From: Gemmatimonadota bacterium
GTDB lineage: Bacteria; Gemmatimonadota; Gemmatimonadetes; Palauibacterales; Palauibacteraceae
Assembly: GCA_963666735.1 (NCBI GenBank)
Contig: OY762926.1
Span: 608,001-672,000, forward strand
Direction of reading: 5' to 3'
DNA: 64,000 nt
Each line of letters opens with the position of its first letter. The stretch's first letter is position 1. Of this stretch, positions 7,605-17,751 are shown one piece after another. Under the pieces are notes generated by a model that searched no databases, was not told where the DNA came from, and saw only the letters and a list, made by a program, of their open reading frames with translations. The translations under genes and the position numbers were made by a program.

Positions 7605-10600
7605 GTGGCGCTTCCCGATCTCTCGCTTCGGCGGCCGGTGGCTACGGCGATGCTCTACGTGGGCATCGGCGTGCTGGGCGTGGTGTCGTTCCTCCGTCTG
7701 CCCATCGATCTGCTGCCGGATGTCGCCTTCCCGACGCTGTCCGTGTGGACGACGTATTCGGACGCGGGACCCGCCGAAGTCGAACGCTTCATCACGGAAC
7801 CCATCGAGCAGCAGTTGTACTCGATCCCGGGGGCGCGCCGCATCTCCTCGCGCTCACGGGAGGGGCAGTCGCTCGTGCAGCTCCAGTTCGCGTGGGGCAC
7901 GGACATGGAGTTTGCGACGCTCCACACCCGGGAGAAGCTGGACAACCTGTCCGACCGGCTCCCGGAGGGCTCGGAGCGGCCCACGATTCTGAGATCGGAT
8001 CCGACCAGCGATCCGATCATGACGCTGGCGGTGAGCGGGACCGACCTGCGCAGCCTGCGCGATATCTCAGAAGTCGTCTTCAAGCGCCGCCTGGAGCAGT
8101 TGGACGGCGTCTCGCTCGCGGGGCTGACGGGCGGACCCGAACGGGAACTGCGGGTCATCGTGGACCCGGAGTACCTCGACGTGCACGAGGTCTCGATCAG
8201 CGAGATCTCGAACGCGCTCGACCAGGCGAACTACAACGCCCCCGGGGGCACGATCCAGCGGGGCCGTTTCGAGTACAGCCTGCGCACGCTGGGCCAGTTC
8301 CGGGAGGTGGAGGAGCTGCTCGACGTCGTCATTGCCCGCCCGACGGGGCCCGGAGCCCGTCCGGTACGCCTCGCCGACGTCGCCACCGTCGCCGACACGA
8401 TCGCGGATCTCGAGACGATCGCCCGATTCAACGGAGAGCCGGCCGTCGGGCTGCAGGTGTTCAAGGAGGCGGGGACGAACACGGTCCGCGTGGCGGATGG
8501 GGTGCGCGAAACGCTGGCTCAGCTTGGCGAGGAGTTCCCCGAGGTATCGATCGAGGTCGCCTCCAGCCAGGCGGCCTTCATCCGGGACGCGATCTCGAAT
8601 GTCGTCTCCGCGCTGCTGCTCGGCGGCGCGCTGGCGTTCCTCGTCCTCTTCCTCTTCCTGCGAGATCCGAGGTATCCGCTGGCCATCGGGCTCGCCATTC
8701 CGATCTCGGTCATGGCGGCGTTCGCCCTCTGCTACGCCTTCGACGTCAGTCTCAACATCATGTCCCTCGGCGGCCTCGCGCTCGGGGTCGGCCTGCTCGT
8801 CGACAACTCCATCGTAGTGCTCGAGAACATCTTCCGGCACCGCGAGGAATCGGGCGGGAGCGCGAGGGAATCGGCCGGGCGGGGCGCCCGGGAAGTGGCG
8901 GCCGCGATCACGGCGTCCACGCTCACCACGATCGCGGTGTTCGGTCCGGTGCTGTACGTGGAGGGCGTGGCGGGCGCGCTGTTCGGCGATCTCTCGCTCG
9001 CGGTGACCTTCTCGCTGCTCGCCTCGCTGCTCGTCGCGCTCACGCTGCTTCCGGTGCTCGCGGCCCAGGTGGCCCGGGGGAGGCGGGGAGCTGCAGCGGC
9101 CGATGGCGAAGGCGAGATTGCCGCGTCTGAGCGGCTAGATCCGGCGTGGGCGGAGCCGCCGGGCCGCGTGCGCCGAGTCGGCCGGGCGGTACAGGCGGGC
9201 GCGGCTGCGACCGCGCGAGGCGTCGGGGGCGGGGTGGCCTACGTGGGGCGCTCGGTCCGGCTCACGGGCGTCGATGTCGCGACGGGCGGCGGCAGGTTCC
9301 TCGGTCGCCTCTTCGGTCCCTTCCTGCGGGCTTTCGAGCGCGGGTTCCTCCGTTTCGCCGGGCGGTACGAGCGGACGCTCGAGTGGGCCCTGGAGCACCG
9401 GCTGGGAGTGGTTTCGATCGCCGTCATCGCCCTGGCCGGCGCGGTCGTGCTCGCGGCGTCGCTTCCGCGCGGACTCATGCCGCGCGTCGACGAGCGGCAG
9501 TTCTGGGTCGAACTCAACCTCCCTCAGGGGACGCCGATCCGCACGACGGACGAGGCGGCCCGGAATGTCGAGCGGCTTCTCCTCGACATGGCGGACGTCT
9601 CGGGCATCTTCACGAGAGTGGGCCGCAGCCGGGGCAGCGAACTCGCGGCGCGCGACCTCACGGGACTCAACAACGCGGCCCTCGATGTCCAGCTCGCCGG
9701 ATCGTCCCGGCCGACGCCCGAAGCCATCGCGGAACTCCGCGAGCGGCTCCCGGGGAGCGGACTCGATCCGGCCTTCGTGACGATCGAGACCGGACGGGCG
9801 ACGTCGCTCGGCAGGGCGCTGGCGATCGGGGAAGCCGATCTCGCGGTAAAGGTGCAGAGCGGAGAACTGGATGAACTCGTGCCGGTCGCCGAAGCGATCG
9901 AGACCCGGCTGGAGGGCGTCTCGACGCTGGCGGATGTCCGGCTCGACTTCCTGCGCACGCAGCCGGAACTCGTCATCGAGGTCAACCGGGAGGTGGCGGC
10001 CCGGCACCAGATCACCGTGACGTCCGTTGCGACCGCGATCGAGGACTACCTGCGCGGGTCGGAGACGAGGAACGCCTACTCGGTATTCGCAGACAAGATC
10101 GACATCCGGGTGACGATCCCGGAGGCGGCGCGCCGCGAACTCGACCGCGTGCTCGCGCTTCGGCTGCAGGGCGTGCCGATCGGTGAACTGGTGACGGTCC
10201 GGCAGGGGTTCGGTCCGGTCGAGATCCGGCGGGAGGATCAGAACCGCACGATTCAGGTGCTCGCGGACGTGGCCGATGGCGGACTGCGCACGGCGGTGCG
10301 GGAGGTGGAAGCCGCGATTGCGGATATCCCGCGGCCGGCGCTCACGACCGTGCGCGTGGGCGGCGAGAACGAGGAGATGCAGGAGAGCTTCCGCTCGCTC
10401 ACCTTCGCCTTCGCCCTCGCGCTGGCGCTCGTTTTCCTCATCATGGCCGCGCAGTTCGAGTCGCTCGTGCAGCCGCTCGTCGTCCTCACCGCGGTGCCGC
10501 TCGCCGCGATCGGGGCGGTGACGGCGCTGTGGATCGCGGGGGACGGCCTCAACGCGATGAGCGGGATCGGACTCGTGATCCTCATCGGCATCGTCGTCAA

Positions 10601-11015
10601 CGACGCGATCGTGAAGGTCGACTTCATCAATCAACGAAGAAGATCCGGCCTGACGAAGCGGAATGCGATCCTTGAAGCGGGCCGGCTCAGGCTCCGTCCC
10701 ATCGTGATGACGACCATCACGACCGTGGTTGGGCTGCTCCCGCTCGCCGCCGGGCTGGGAGCCGGGGCCGACCTCCGCGCGCCGCTGGCCGTAGCGGTGA
10801 TCGGCGGTCTCCTCTCCGCGACGTTCCTCACGCTCATCGTCGTGCCCGTGGTATACTCGATCATGGTCGAACCATCCGTGTCGGTGGGGCGGGAACCGGA
10901 CCCGCGGCCCGAGCGTCGCGACCCGGCAGCGCTCCAGCCGAAGCCGGGGTACGGACTCGGCGGCCGCTCCGGGCCGGCGGCTCCGGGCATGGCGCGAGGG
11001 AGCGTGGAACCATGA
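7605..11015 (+). CDS. RND efflux permease subunit 1 (AcrB/SwrC-like)
   Basis: RRPVAT...LPIDLLPD, GLLVDNSIVVLENI, VVNDAIVKVDFI, RLRPIVMTT. Confidence 0.95.
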   Translation: MALPDLSLRRPVATAMLYVGIGVLGVVSFLRLPIDLLPDVAFPTLSVWTTYSDAGPAEVERFITEPIEQQLYSIPGARRISSRSREGQSLVQLQFAWGTDMEFATLHTREKLDNLSDRLPEGSERPTILRSDPTSDPIMTLAVSGTDLRSLRDISEVVFKRRLEQLDGVSLAGLTGGPERELRVIVDPEYLDVHEVSISEISNALDQANYNAPGGTIQRGRFEYSLRTLGQFREVEELLDVVIARPTGPGARPVRLADVATVADTIADLETIARFNGEPAVGLQVFKEAGTNTVRVADGVRETLAQLGEEFPEVSIEVASSQAAFIRDAISNVVSALLLGGALAFLVLFLFLRDPRYPLAIGLAIPISVMAAFALCYAFDVSLNIMSLGGLALGVGLLVDNSIVVLENIFRHREESGGSARESAGRGAREVAAAITASTLTTIAVFGPVLYVEGVAGALFGDLSLAVTFSLLASLLVALTLLPVLAAQVARGRRGAAAADGEGEIAASERLDPAWAEPPGRVRRVGRAVQAGAAATARGVGGGVAYVGRSVRLTGVDVATGGGRFLGRLFGPFLRAFERGFLRFAGRYERTLEWALEHRLGVVSIAVIALAGAVVLAASLPRGLMPRVDERQFWVELNLPQGTPIRTTDEAARNVERLLLDMADVSGIFTRVGRSRGSELAARDLTGLNNAALDVQLAGSSRPTPEAIAELRERLPGSGLDPAFVTIETGRATSLGRALAIGEADLAVKVQSGELDELVPVAEAIETRLEGVSTLADVRLDFLRTQPELVIEVNREVAARHQITVTSVATAIEDYLRGSETRNAYSVFADKIDIRVTIPEAARRELDRVLALRLQGVPIGELVTVRQGFGPVEIRREDQNRTIQVLADVADGGLRTAVREVEAAIADIPRPALTTVRVGGENEEMQESFRSLTFAFALALALVFLIMAAQFESLVQPLVVLTAVPLAAIGAVTALWIAGDGLNAMSGIGLVILIGIVVNDAIVKVDFINQRRRSGLTKRNAILEAGRLRLRPIVMTTITTVVGLLPLAAGLGAGADLRAPLAVAVIGGLLSATFLTLIVVPVVYSIMVEPSVSVGREPDPRPERRDPAALQPKPGYGLGGRSGPAAPGMARGSVEP

Positions 11016-14000
11016 TCGATCTGGCCATCCGCCGACCGGTGGCGACCGCGGCGATCTACGTCGCCCTCTTCGCGCTCGGCGTGACGAGCTTCCGGCTCAT
11101 TCCGGTCGAGGACCTGCCCGAAGTCGAATTCCCCCGCCTCACGGTCACCGCCACCTGGAACGGTGCCTCGCCCGAGGCGTTGGAGGCGTTCGTGACCGCG
11201 CCGCTCGAAACCGTCATCCAGCAGGTCGGCGGCGTCGAGAAGGTCGTCTCGGAGTCCGCCGCCGATGCGCGCGGGACGGGCTCCAGCGCCCGGATCGACA
11301 TCGACTTCGAGCGCGACACGCGCATGGAGTTCGCCCGTCTCGAGCTGAGCGAGCGGATCAACTCGATCCGGGATGAGTTGCCCGAGGGCGTGATGCCCAG
11401 CCTCTCCGAGTATGTCCCCCAGGAATTTGCGGAGGAAGAGGAGCAACTCCTCAGCTTTTCGCTGACGGGGCCCTATACGTTCGCGCGCCTGGGGGAGATC
11501 GCCGAGGAGGAGATCGAGCCGTTCGTGCGGGGACTGCCGGGCGTGTCCGCGGTGGAGGTCTACGGGGCCGAACGCCGCGAGATCGCCGTCGAGCTCGACC
11601 GGAGCCGGCTGGAGGCGCTCGGGCTGCGGCCGCAGGAGATCAGCGCCCGGATCGTCGAGCTTTCCGAGCCGAAGGCCCCGGGATCGGTCGAACTCGATGG
11701 GCGGCAGTTCGCCATCGCGGTCCGCACCCGAGCTCTCGAGGTGTCGGACATCGCGGACATGATCGTCCTCACGCGGCCCGACGGCGCGGTCCGCGTCGGC
11801 GATCTGGGGCAGGTGCGCGACCAGACTGAAGATCCGATGTTCTTCTGGCGCATCAACTCCCAGCCCACGATCTCGATCAACGTGTACCGCCAGTCGGGTA
11901 CGAACGTGATCCAGGTCGCGGACGACGTGAAGGCCGAGATGACCGAACTGGCCTCCGCCCTCCCGGCGGGCGTGGCCCTCGAGTTGCTGCGCGATCAGAG
12001 CGAGAACATCCGGGAGCAGCTCACGGAGCTTCGGCTCCGGGCCATCGCGGCCGCGATCGTGATCTTCATCGTACTCACGATCTTCCTGCGGTCGCTCGGC
12101 GCCGTCCTCGTCGTGTTCGCGACGATCGGCTTCAGCGTCTTGACCGCGGTGAACTTCCTCTACATGGGCGGTTTCTCACTGAACCTGCTCACGCTGTGGG
12201 GACTCGCGTGGGGGTTCGGCCTCGTCGTCGACAACGGCATCGTCGTTCTAGAAAACGTGGAACGTCACCGCCGGGCCGGGGCGGGGCCATCCGATGCCGC
12301 GCGCCGCGGGGCGCGCCAGGTCGTCCTGCCCGTCCTCGCCGCGACGATGACGACCGCGATCGTACTCGTACCCTTCCTCTTCCTGCAGGGGGAGTTGCGG
12401 GTCTACTACCTGCCGCTGTCCTTCGCCGTGGGTTTCTCGATCATCGCGAGTCTCTTCGTCGCGTTCACCTTCGTTCCGGCCCTCGCCTCGCGGGTCGCCC
12501 GCATGCGGGATTCCACCGGGGCCGTGGTCGACCCGGCCCTGACGACCGGGGAAGCCGCGTCGGCGCCGGCCCGGCGGTCCGAACCGTTCTACATCGCGGG
12601 ATACCGGTCGCTCCTCGGGTTCGCCCTGCGGCACCCCGTCGTCATCGCCGCCGTCTGTCTCGGGAGCCTCGCCGGGAGCTGGTATCTGTTCGACGAGCAT
12701 GTGAACACCGGGAGTTACTGGAGCGGCTTCGGCGGGCGCGGCAGCGGTATCTCGATCACGATCAACTTCCCGCGCGGCGCGGGACTGGAGCGCACGGACG
12801 AACTTGTGCGCTCCTTCGAGGCGAAGCTCGCCACCATCGATGAAGTGAAACGCTTCGAGGCCCGGGTCCAGCCGAACTACGCCCGCATGCGCGCGGAATT
12901 CCCCGACGAACTCGAACACACGTCCATCCCGGTGGCCATCAAGGACCAGATGGTGGCCTACAGCTACGGGTTTTCGGGCGTCGACGTCTTCGTGCGCGGA
13001 TACGGTCCCAGCTTCTACGGCGGCGGCTCGAGTCCGCCCAACTACCGCCTCCAGGTGCTCGGGTACAACTATCTGACGGTGCAGGAGATCGCCGAGGAGA
13101 TTGCGTCGCGGCTGACGCGATTCTCCCGCATCCGCGACGTGGACCCGAACGCGACCAGCGGCTTCTTCCGGCGCGACAAGGAATTCGAATACTACGTGGA
13201 GCCGGACCGTGAGGCGCTGGCGGCCTACAATCTCCCCGTCTCGCAGTTGCTCGACTACGTGTCCCGCAACATTGAGGGCCGGCCGTCCGGGAGCCGGATC
13301 AGGGTGGGCGGAGAGGAGGTCCAGTACGCCGTCAAGGTGGACGGGTACCGCGAGTTCGACTTCTACGATCTGAGCGACCTGCGGGTGCCGATCTCCTCCC
13401 GCGAGGAACTCCGGCTCGCCAGCGTTGCGGAGGTGGGGCGCCGGCAGGTCCTGGCCAGCATCCGGCGCGAAGACCAGCAGTATGAGAGGACGGTGGCCTG
13501 GGAGTTCCGGGGGCCGGCAAAGCTCGGCGACGTGGTGCGCGACGCGGTGGTGGACGCGATGGAACTCCCGCCGGGATACAGGATCGAGGAGTCCCGCATC
13601 GGGGGCTGGACGACGGAGGAGACGACGCAGATGTGGGTCGTCCTCGCCTTCTCCATCCTCCTCATCTACATGGTGACCGCGGGGCTGTTCGAGTCGCTCG
13701 CGGCGCCGTTCGTCGTGCTCTTCTCGCTGCCGTTCGCCCTCATCGGGGTCTTCCTCATCTTCTTCTATACCGACGCCACCTTCACCCGCACCGCGTTCAT
13801 CGGCACGATCATGATGGGCGGCATCGTCGTGAACAATGCCATCCTTGTGGTCTACCACATCGGCGAATTGCGCAAACGCATGCCGACGGGCGCCGCGATC
13901 GTGCAGGGGACGCTGGAGCGCGTACGTCCCATCCTCATGACGACGCTGACGACGGTGTTCGGACTCCTGCCTCTCGTCCTCTTCGCCTCCTCCCAGGATG

Positions 14001-14116
14001 AGAACATCTGGAACGCGCTCGCGCTGGCCACCATCGGGGGGCTGATCTCGAGTACCCTGTTCGTGCTCGTCGCAATTCCGGTCGCATATCGTTACATCGT
14101 GGCACGCCGTATCTGA
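11012..14116 (+). CDS. RND efflux permease subunit 2
   Basis: IRRPVAT, GLVVDNGIVVLENV, VVNNAIL, RVRPILMTTLTT; ATGA overlap. Confidence 0.95.
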   Translation: MIDLAIRRPVATAAIYVALFALGVTSFRLIPVEDLPEVEFPRLTVTATWNGASPEALEAFVTAPLETVIQQVGGVEKVVSESAADARGTGSSARIDIDFERDTRMEFARLELSERINSIRDELPEGVMPSLSEYVPQEFAEEEEQLLSFSLTGPYTFARLGEIAEEEIEPFVRGLPGVSAVEVYGAERREIAVELDRSRLEALGLRPQEISARIVELSEPKAPGSVELDGRQFAIAVRTRALEVSDIADMIVLTRPDGAVRVGDLGQVRDQTEDPMFFWRINSQPTISINVYRQSGTNVIQVADDVKAEMTELASALPAGVALELLRDQSENIREQLTELRLRAIAAAIVIFIVLTIFLRSLGAVLVVFATIGFSVLTAVNFLYMGGFSLNLLTLWGLAWGFGLVVDNGIVVLENVERHRRAGAGPSDAARRGARQVVLPVLAATMTTAIVLVPFLFLQGELRVYYLPLSFAVGFSIIASLFVAFTFVPALASRVARMRDSTGAVVDPALTTGEAASAPARRSEPFYIAGYRSLLGFALRHPVVIAAVCLGSLAGSWYLFDEHVNTGSYWSGFGGRGSGISITINFPRGAGLERTDELVRSFEAKLATIDEVKRFEARVQPNYARMRAEFPDELEHTSIPVAIKDQMVAYSYGFSGVDVFVRGYGPSFYGGGSSPPNYRLQVLGYNYLTVQEIAEEIASRLTRFSRIRDVDPNATSGFFRRDKEFEYYVEPDREALAAYNLPVSQLLDYVSRNIEGRPSGSRIRVGGEEVQYAVKVDGYREFDFYDLSDLRVPISSREELRLASVAEVGRRQVLASIRREDQQYERTVAWEFRGPAKLGDVVRDAVVDAMELPPGYRIEESRIGGWTTEETTQMWVVLAFSILLIYMVTAGLFESLAAPFVVLFSLPFALIGVFLIFFYTDATFTRTAFIGTIMMGGIVVNNAILVVYHIGELRKRMPTGAAIVQGTLERVRPILMTTLTTVFGLLPLVLFASSQDENIWNALALATIGGLISSTLFVLVAIPVAYRYIVARRI

Positions 14117-14120
14117 CGGC

Positions 14121-14151
14121 ACGCCCGGCGGCAGGCCTCGGTCTGCCGGGG
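14121..14151 (+). terminator. GC hairpin after the RND operon
   Basis: cggcaggcc-tc-ggtctgccg stem directly after the stop codon; no strong U-tract. Confidence 0.35.
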
Positions 14152-14183
14152 CGCAATACACACAAGAGCTGACGGGGGTCGAG

Positions 14184-14870
14184 ATGGTACGGTCGCGTCT
14201 ATCCAGGTCCGGTTTCAGGCCGGGTTGGCTGCTCCTCGGGTGTCTGGTGGCGGGAGTCGCCTGCGAGGGGGGTGGAGGGCCGAGCGAATTCCTGCGGGAC
14301 CCGGCTTCGGCAGAGGTGAACATGACGGCTCCGGAGACTTTTCAGGCTCGTTTCGAGACTTCGAAGGGAACGTTCGTGGTGGAGGTGCATCGCCAGTGGG
14401 CCCCCAACGGCGTGGACCGCTTCTACAACCTGGTGGAGAACGGGTTCTTCGACGACGTGAGGTTCTTCCGCGTGATCGCCGGTTTCATGGCGCAGTTCGG
14501 GATCAATGGAGACCCGGAGATCCAGAGCGCGTGGCGGGAGGCGAACATCCAGGATGACCCGGTGGTAACGGGGAATACGCGCGGGCGGGTGAGCTTTGCC
14601 CAGACGTCGATGCCGAACAGCCGGAGCACGCAGCTCTTCATCAACTTCGGCGACAACTCGCGTCTCGACGGGATGGGGTTCGCGGCCATCGGCGAGGTGA
14701 TTTCGGGCATGGATGTCGTGGACGCGCTGTATTCCGGGTACGGCGAGGGGGCGCCGGGCGGGAGCGGGCCTAGCCAGGGGCGGATCCAGGAGGAAGGGAA
14801 CGCCTACCTGGAGGCGGAGTTCGCCGAACTGGACTACATCGAGCGGGCGACGATCAGCGGTGGGAACTAG
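14184..14870 (+). CDS. Cyclophilin-type peptidyl-prolyl isomerase (lipoprotein)
   Basis: Lipobox GVAC; FETSKG, WAPNGVDRFYNLV, FFRVIAGFMAQFG, RSTQLFIN. Confidence 0.92.
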   Translation: MVRSRLSRSGFRPGWLLLGCLVAGVACEGGGGPSEFLRDPASAEVNMTAPETFQARFETSKGTFVVEVHRQWAPNGVDRFYNLVENGFFDDVRFFRVIAGFMAQFGINGDPEIQSAWREANIQDDPVVTGNTRGRVSFAQTSMPNSRSTQLFINFGDNSRLDGMGFAAIGEVISGMDVVDALYSGYGEGAPGGSGPSQGRIQEEGNAYLEAEFAELDYIERATISGGN

Positions 14871-16020
14871 CCGGACGGGCAGCCGGACGGGGTCGGCGGC
14901 GCTCCTCTTCGCGGCCATGACGGTGCTGCCGCCCACGGACGCCATGAGCCAGGAGGCGGGACAGGTCGGCGAGGAGCGGCCGCGCGCGCGGGACGCGGGC
15001 GTTCTCATCGGGAGGCTGCCGACGGGACCGCTGAACGCGATCACGGACGTGTCCGGGGTGCGGGTGGGCCACCGCACGGTGTGGGTGGGCGACTCGATCC
15101 GTACCGGAATCACCGCGATTCTCCCGCACGGCGACAATGTCTTCGAGCGGCGGGTGCGGGCGGCGGTGGCGGTCGGGAACGGCTTCGGCAAGCTCGTGGG
15201 GCTGAGCCAGGTCAACGAACTGGGAGAGATCGAAACGCCGATTCTCCTCACGGGGACGCTGAGCGTGTTCCGCGCGGCGGACGCGCTCCTGGACACCCTG
15301 CTCTCGCTCCCGGCGAATCACGACGTGCGGTCGATGAATCCGGTCGTCGGGGAGACGAACGACGGATACCTGAGCGACATCCGCGTGCGCCCGATCCGGC
15401 CCGAGCATGTGCGCGAGGCGCTGCGGACCGCGGCGAGCGGCCCCGTGGAGGAGGGGTCGGTCGGGGCCGGGACGGGGACGATCGCATTCGGCTGGAAGGG
15501 CGGCATCGGAACCTCGTCGCGCCGGTTCGAGATCGGCGGACGGATCGTGAACGTCGGCGTGCTCGTGCAGAGCAACTTCGGCGGCTCGTTGCGGATCGAT
15601 GGCGTGCGCGTGGGAGAGAAGCTTGCCGCGGCCGGCCTGCGCGGAGGGCGCGACCAGGGGGATGGCGACGGTTCCGTGATGATCGTGATCGCGACGGACC
15701 TGCCGCTGGCGCACCGCGAACTGGACCGGGTGGCCGACCGCGGGTTCATGGGGATCGCCCGCACGGGGTCGCACATGTCGCACGGGTCGGGCGACTATGC
15801 GATCGCCTTCTCGACCGGCGAGGGGGCTGCGGTCCGGGACGGACGCTCGTTGTCCCGCGTCTTCGAGGCGGTGGTCGAGGCGACGGACGAAGCCGTCATC
15901 AACTCCCTGTTCGGGGCGACGTCGGTGACGGGGCATCGGGGGCGGACGGTCGAATCGCTCCCGCTCGAACCCACGCTGCGGCTGCTCCGCGAGGCGGGCG
16001 TGCTCGGGACGCCGCGGTGA
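14860..16020 (+). CDS. P1/S58-family (DmpA-like) aminopeptidase
   Basis: NAITDVSGVRVGH, NGFGKLVG, VEEGSVGAGTG, KGGIGTSS, G|S autocleavage site DGSVMIVIATD, HGSGD. Start uncertain (GTG 14860 or ATG 14917). Confidence 0.9.
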   Translation: MGTSRTGSRTGSAALLFAAMTVLPPTDAMSQEAGQVGEERPRARDAGVLIGRLPTGPLNAITDVSGVRVGHRTVWVGDSIRTGITAILPHGDNVFERRVRAAVAVGNGFGKLVGLSQVNELGEIETPILLTGTLSVFRAADALLDTLLSLPANHDVRSMNPVVGETNDGYLSDIRVRPIRPEHVREALRTAASGPVEEGSVGAGTGTIAFGWKGGIGTSSRRFEIGGRIVNVGVLVQSNFGGSLRIDGVRVGEKLAAAGLRGGRDQGDGDGSVMIVIATDLPLAHRELDRVADRGFMGIARTGSHMSHGSGDYAIAFSTGEGAAVRDGRSLSRVFEAVVEATDEAVINSLFGATSVTGHRGRTVESLPLEPTLRLLREAGVLGTPR

Positions 16021-17723
16021 AACCGCTGATTCCCGCATCCGAGCAGCCGCCGCTGCCGCGGGGGCGCTTCATCATCGAAGAGGACCCCGGCCCGGAGGCC
16101 GTGCCGCTTGATGTCCTCTTCGTGGGTGGAGGTCCCGCCGGGCTGGCGGGAGCGATCCGGCTGGCGCAGCTCTCGGCGCGCGACCGCGCGGAGGGCGGGC
16201 CGCTCGCCGGCCTCGAGATCGGCGTGCTCGAGAAGTCGGGGGAACTCGGGGAGCACTGTCTCTCGGGGGCCGTCGTGAACCCGGAAGCCTTTCGGACGCT
16301 CTTTCCGGGTCTCGGCGAGGCGGATCTTCCGCTCCGGGGCCGCGTGGCGGGCGACCGGGTGCTGTTCCTCTCGCAACGCGGGAAGATCCGGGTCCCGACC
16401 CCGCCGTCGATGCGGAACCACGGCCATCGTGTGGGCTCGATCTGCGAGATCGCGCGCTGGCTGGGTGCGAAGGCGGAGGAGCTCGGGGTCAACGTATTCA
16501 CAGGGTTCCCCGCCGAGGCGCTCTTCATGCGCGGAAGGCACGTCCTGGGCGTCCGCACGACGCCGGCCGGCCTTGACCGGGAGGGGAATCCGGCGGGCGG
16601 CTACATGCCGGCCACGGACCTCTGCGCGCGGGCCACCGTTCTTGCCGAGGGGACTCGCGGGCCTCTGAGCCAGGCCTGGCTCGAGCGAGAGGGCGCTGGC
16701 TCGGCCAATCCGCAGATCTTCGCGCTCGGAGTCAAGGAGCTGTGGGAGGTCGCGCAGCCGCCTGATGCGGTCACACATACCATGGGCTGGCCGCTTCCGC
16801 GGGATGCCTTCGGGGGCAGTTTCATCTACCCCATGGGCGAAAATCTCGTGTCCCTGGGTCTCGTCGTGGGTCTGGATGCGCCCTACGTCGACCTCGACGT
16901 GCACGCGCTGTTGCAGCGCTTCAAGCAGCACCCGTTCGTGCGCGAGATCCTGGACGGCGGCGAACTCGTGGAGTGGGGAGCGAAGACGATTCCGGAGGGC
17001 GGATACCACGCCATCCCCGACCGCCTGAGCGGGGATGGGTTGCTCATTGCGGGAGATGCCGCGGGACTCGTGGATGTCGCGTCTCTGAAGGGCATCCACT
17101 ACGCGATGCGGTCGGGCATTCTCGCGGCGGATGCCATCGGCCGGGCCTTGTCGGACGGGCACGACGGGGCGGACGGAGCGGAGGGCGCTGTCTCCGCGGC
17201 TCGACTGGCGTCCTACGACGCGGCACTGAGGGAGAGCCTCATCCGGGATCCGCTGTACCGCAACCGAAACCAGCGGCTCGCCTTCAAGTCCGGATTCTTC
17301 TCGGGCGGCGTCAAGGCAGGGATCATGCAGGCGACGGGTGGCAGGTTCCCCGGTGCCCGCATCCCGAGCGAGCCCGATGCGGCGCGCCCTCGCCGCAAGC
17401 GGCTGGACCTCGAGTCGGTGTATGAAGGGGAGCACGCCGTCGCCAAGGTCGACGCGGTCTTCCGCTCCGGCAACGCGACCCGGGATGACATCCCCTCGCA
17501 CCTCGTCACAGGGGAAGAAGAGGGGGAAGAAGCGGGAGAAGCCGTATCGCCGGAGATGCTGGAGTTGTACGAGAGCCTTTGCCCGGCGGCCGTGTACGAG
17601 CGCGATGGCGACCGCCTGGTCGTGAACGCGCCGAACTGCATCGACTGCAAGGCGACGGATGTCCTGGGACCTCGCTGGATGCCGCGGGAGGGCGGCAGCG
17701 GCCCGGTCTACAAGAGGATGTGA
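16017..17723 (+). CDS. Electron transfer flavoprotein-ubiquinone oxidoreductase
   Basis: DVLFVGGGPAGLA, LSGAV, GVKELWEV, GAKTIPEGGY, KGIHYAMRSG, C-terminal CPAAVYE...NCIDCK...EGGSGPVY. Confidence 0.93.
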   Translation: MKPLIPASEQPPLPRGRFIIEEDPGPEAVPLDVLFVGGGPAGLAGAIRLAQLSARDRAEGGPLAGLEIGVLEKSGELGEHCLSGAVVNPEAFRTLFPGLGEADLPLRGRVAGDRVLFLSQRGKIRVPTPPSMRNHGHRVGSICEIARWLGAKAEELGVNVFTGFPAEALFMRGRHVLGVRTTPAGLDREGNPAGGYMPATDLCARATVLAEGTRGPLSQAWLEREGAGSANPQIFALGVKELWEVAQPPDAVTHTMGWPLPRDAFGGSFIYPMGENLVSLGLVVGLDAPYVDLDVHALLQRFKQHPFVREILDGGELVEWGAKTIPEGGYHAIPDRLSGDGLLIAGDAAGLVDVASLKGIHYAMRSGILAADAIGRALSDGHDGADGAEGAVSAARLASYDAALRESLIRDPLYRNRNQRLAFKSGFFSGGVKAGIMQATGGRFPGARIPSEPDAARPRRKRLDLESVYEGEHAVAKVDAVFRSGNATRDDIPSHLVTGEEEGEEAGEAVSPEMLELYESLCPAAVYERDGDRLVVNAPNCIDCKATDVLGPRWMPREGGSGPVYKRM

Positions 17724-17751
17724 GCCCGGCGGGCCGACACGGCCTGCCGGG

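Noticed and set aside
12248..14323. Long antisense ORFs over core genes (also 25207-27039, 28848-31007, 50507-53005, 52885-54954)
   Set aside because: Mirror frames of well-supported + strand genes, caused by GC3 bias.
15081..16016. Apparent 312-aa N-terminal extension of ETF-QO in the ORF track
   Set aside because: Overlaps the P1 peptidase in another frame; the real start is the coupled GTG at 16017. The same artefact affects TolC, nuoA, nuoE, nuoF, tpiA and PMM.
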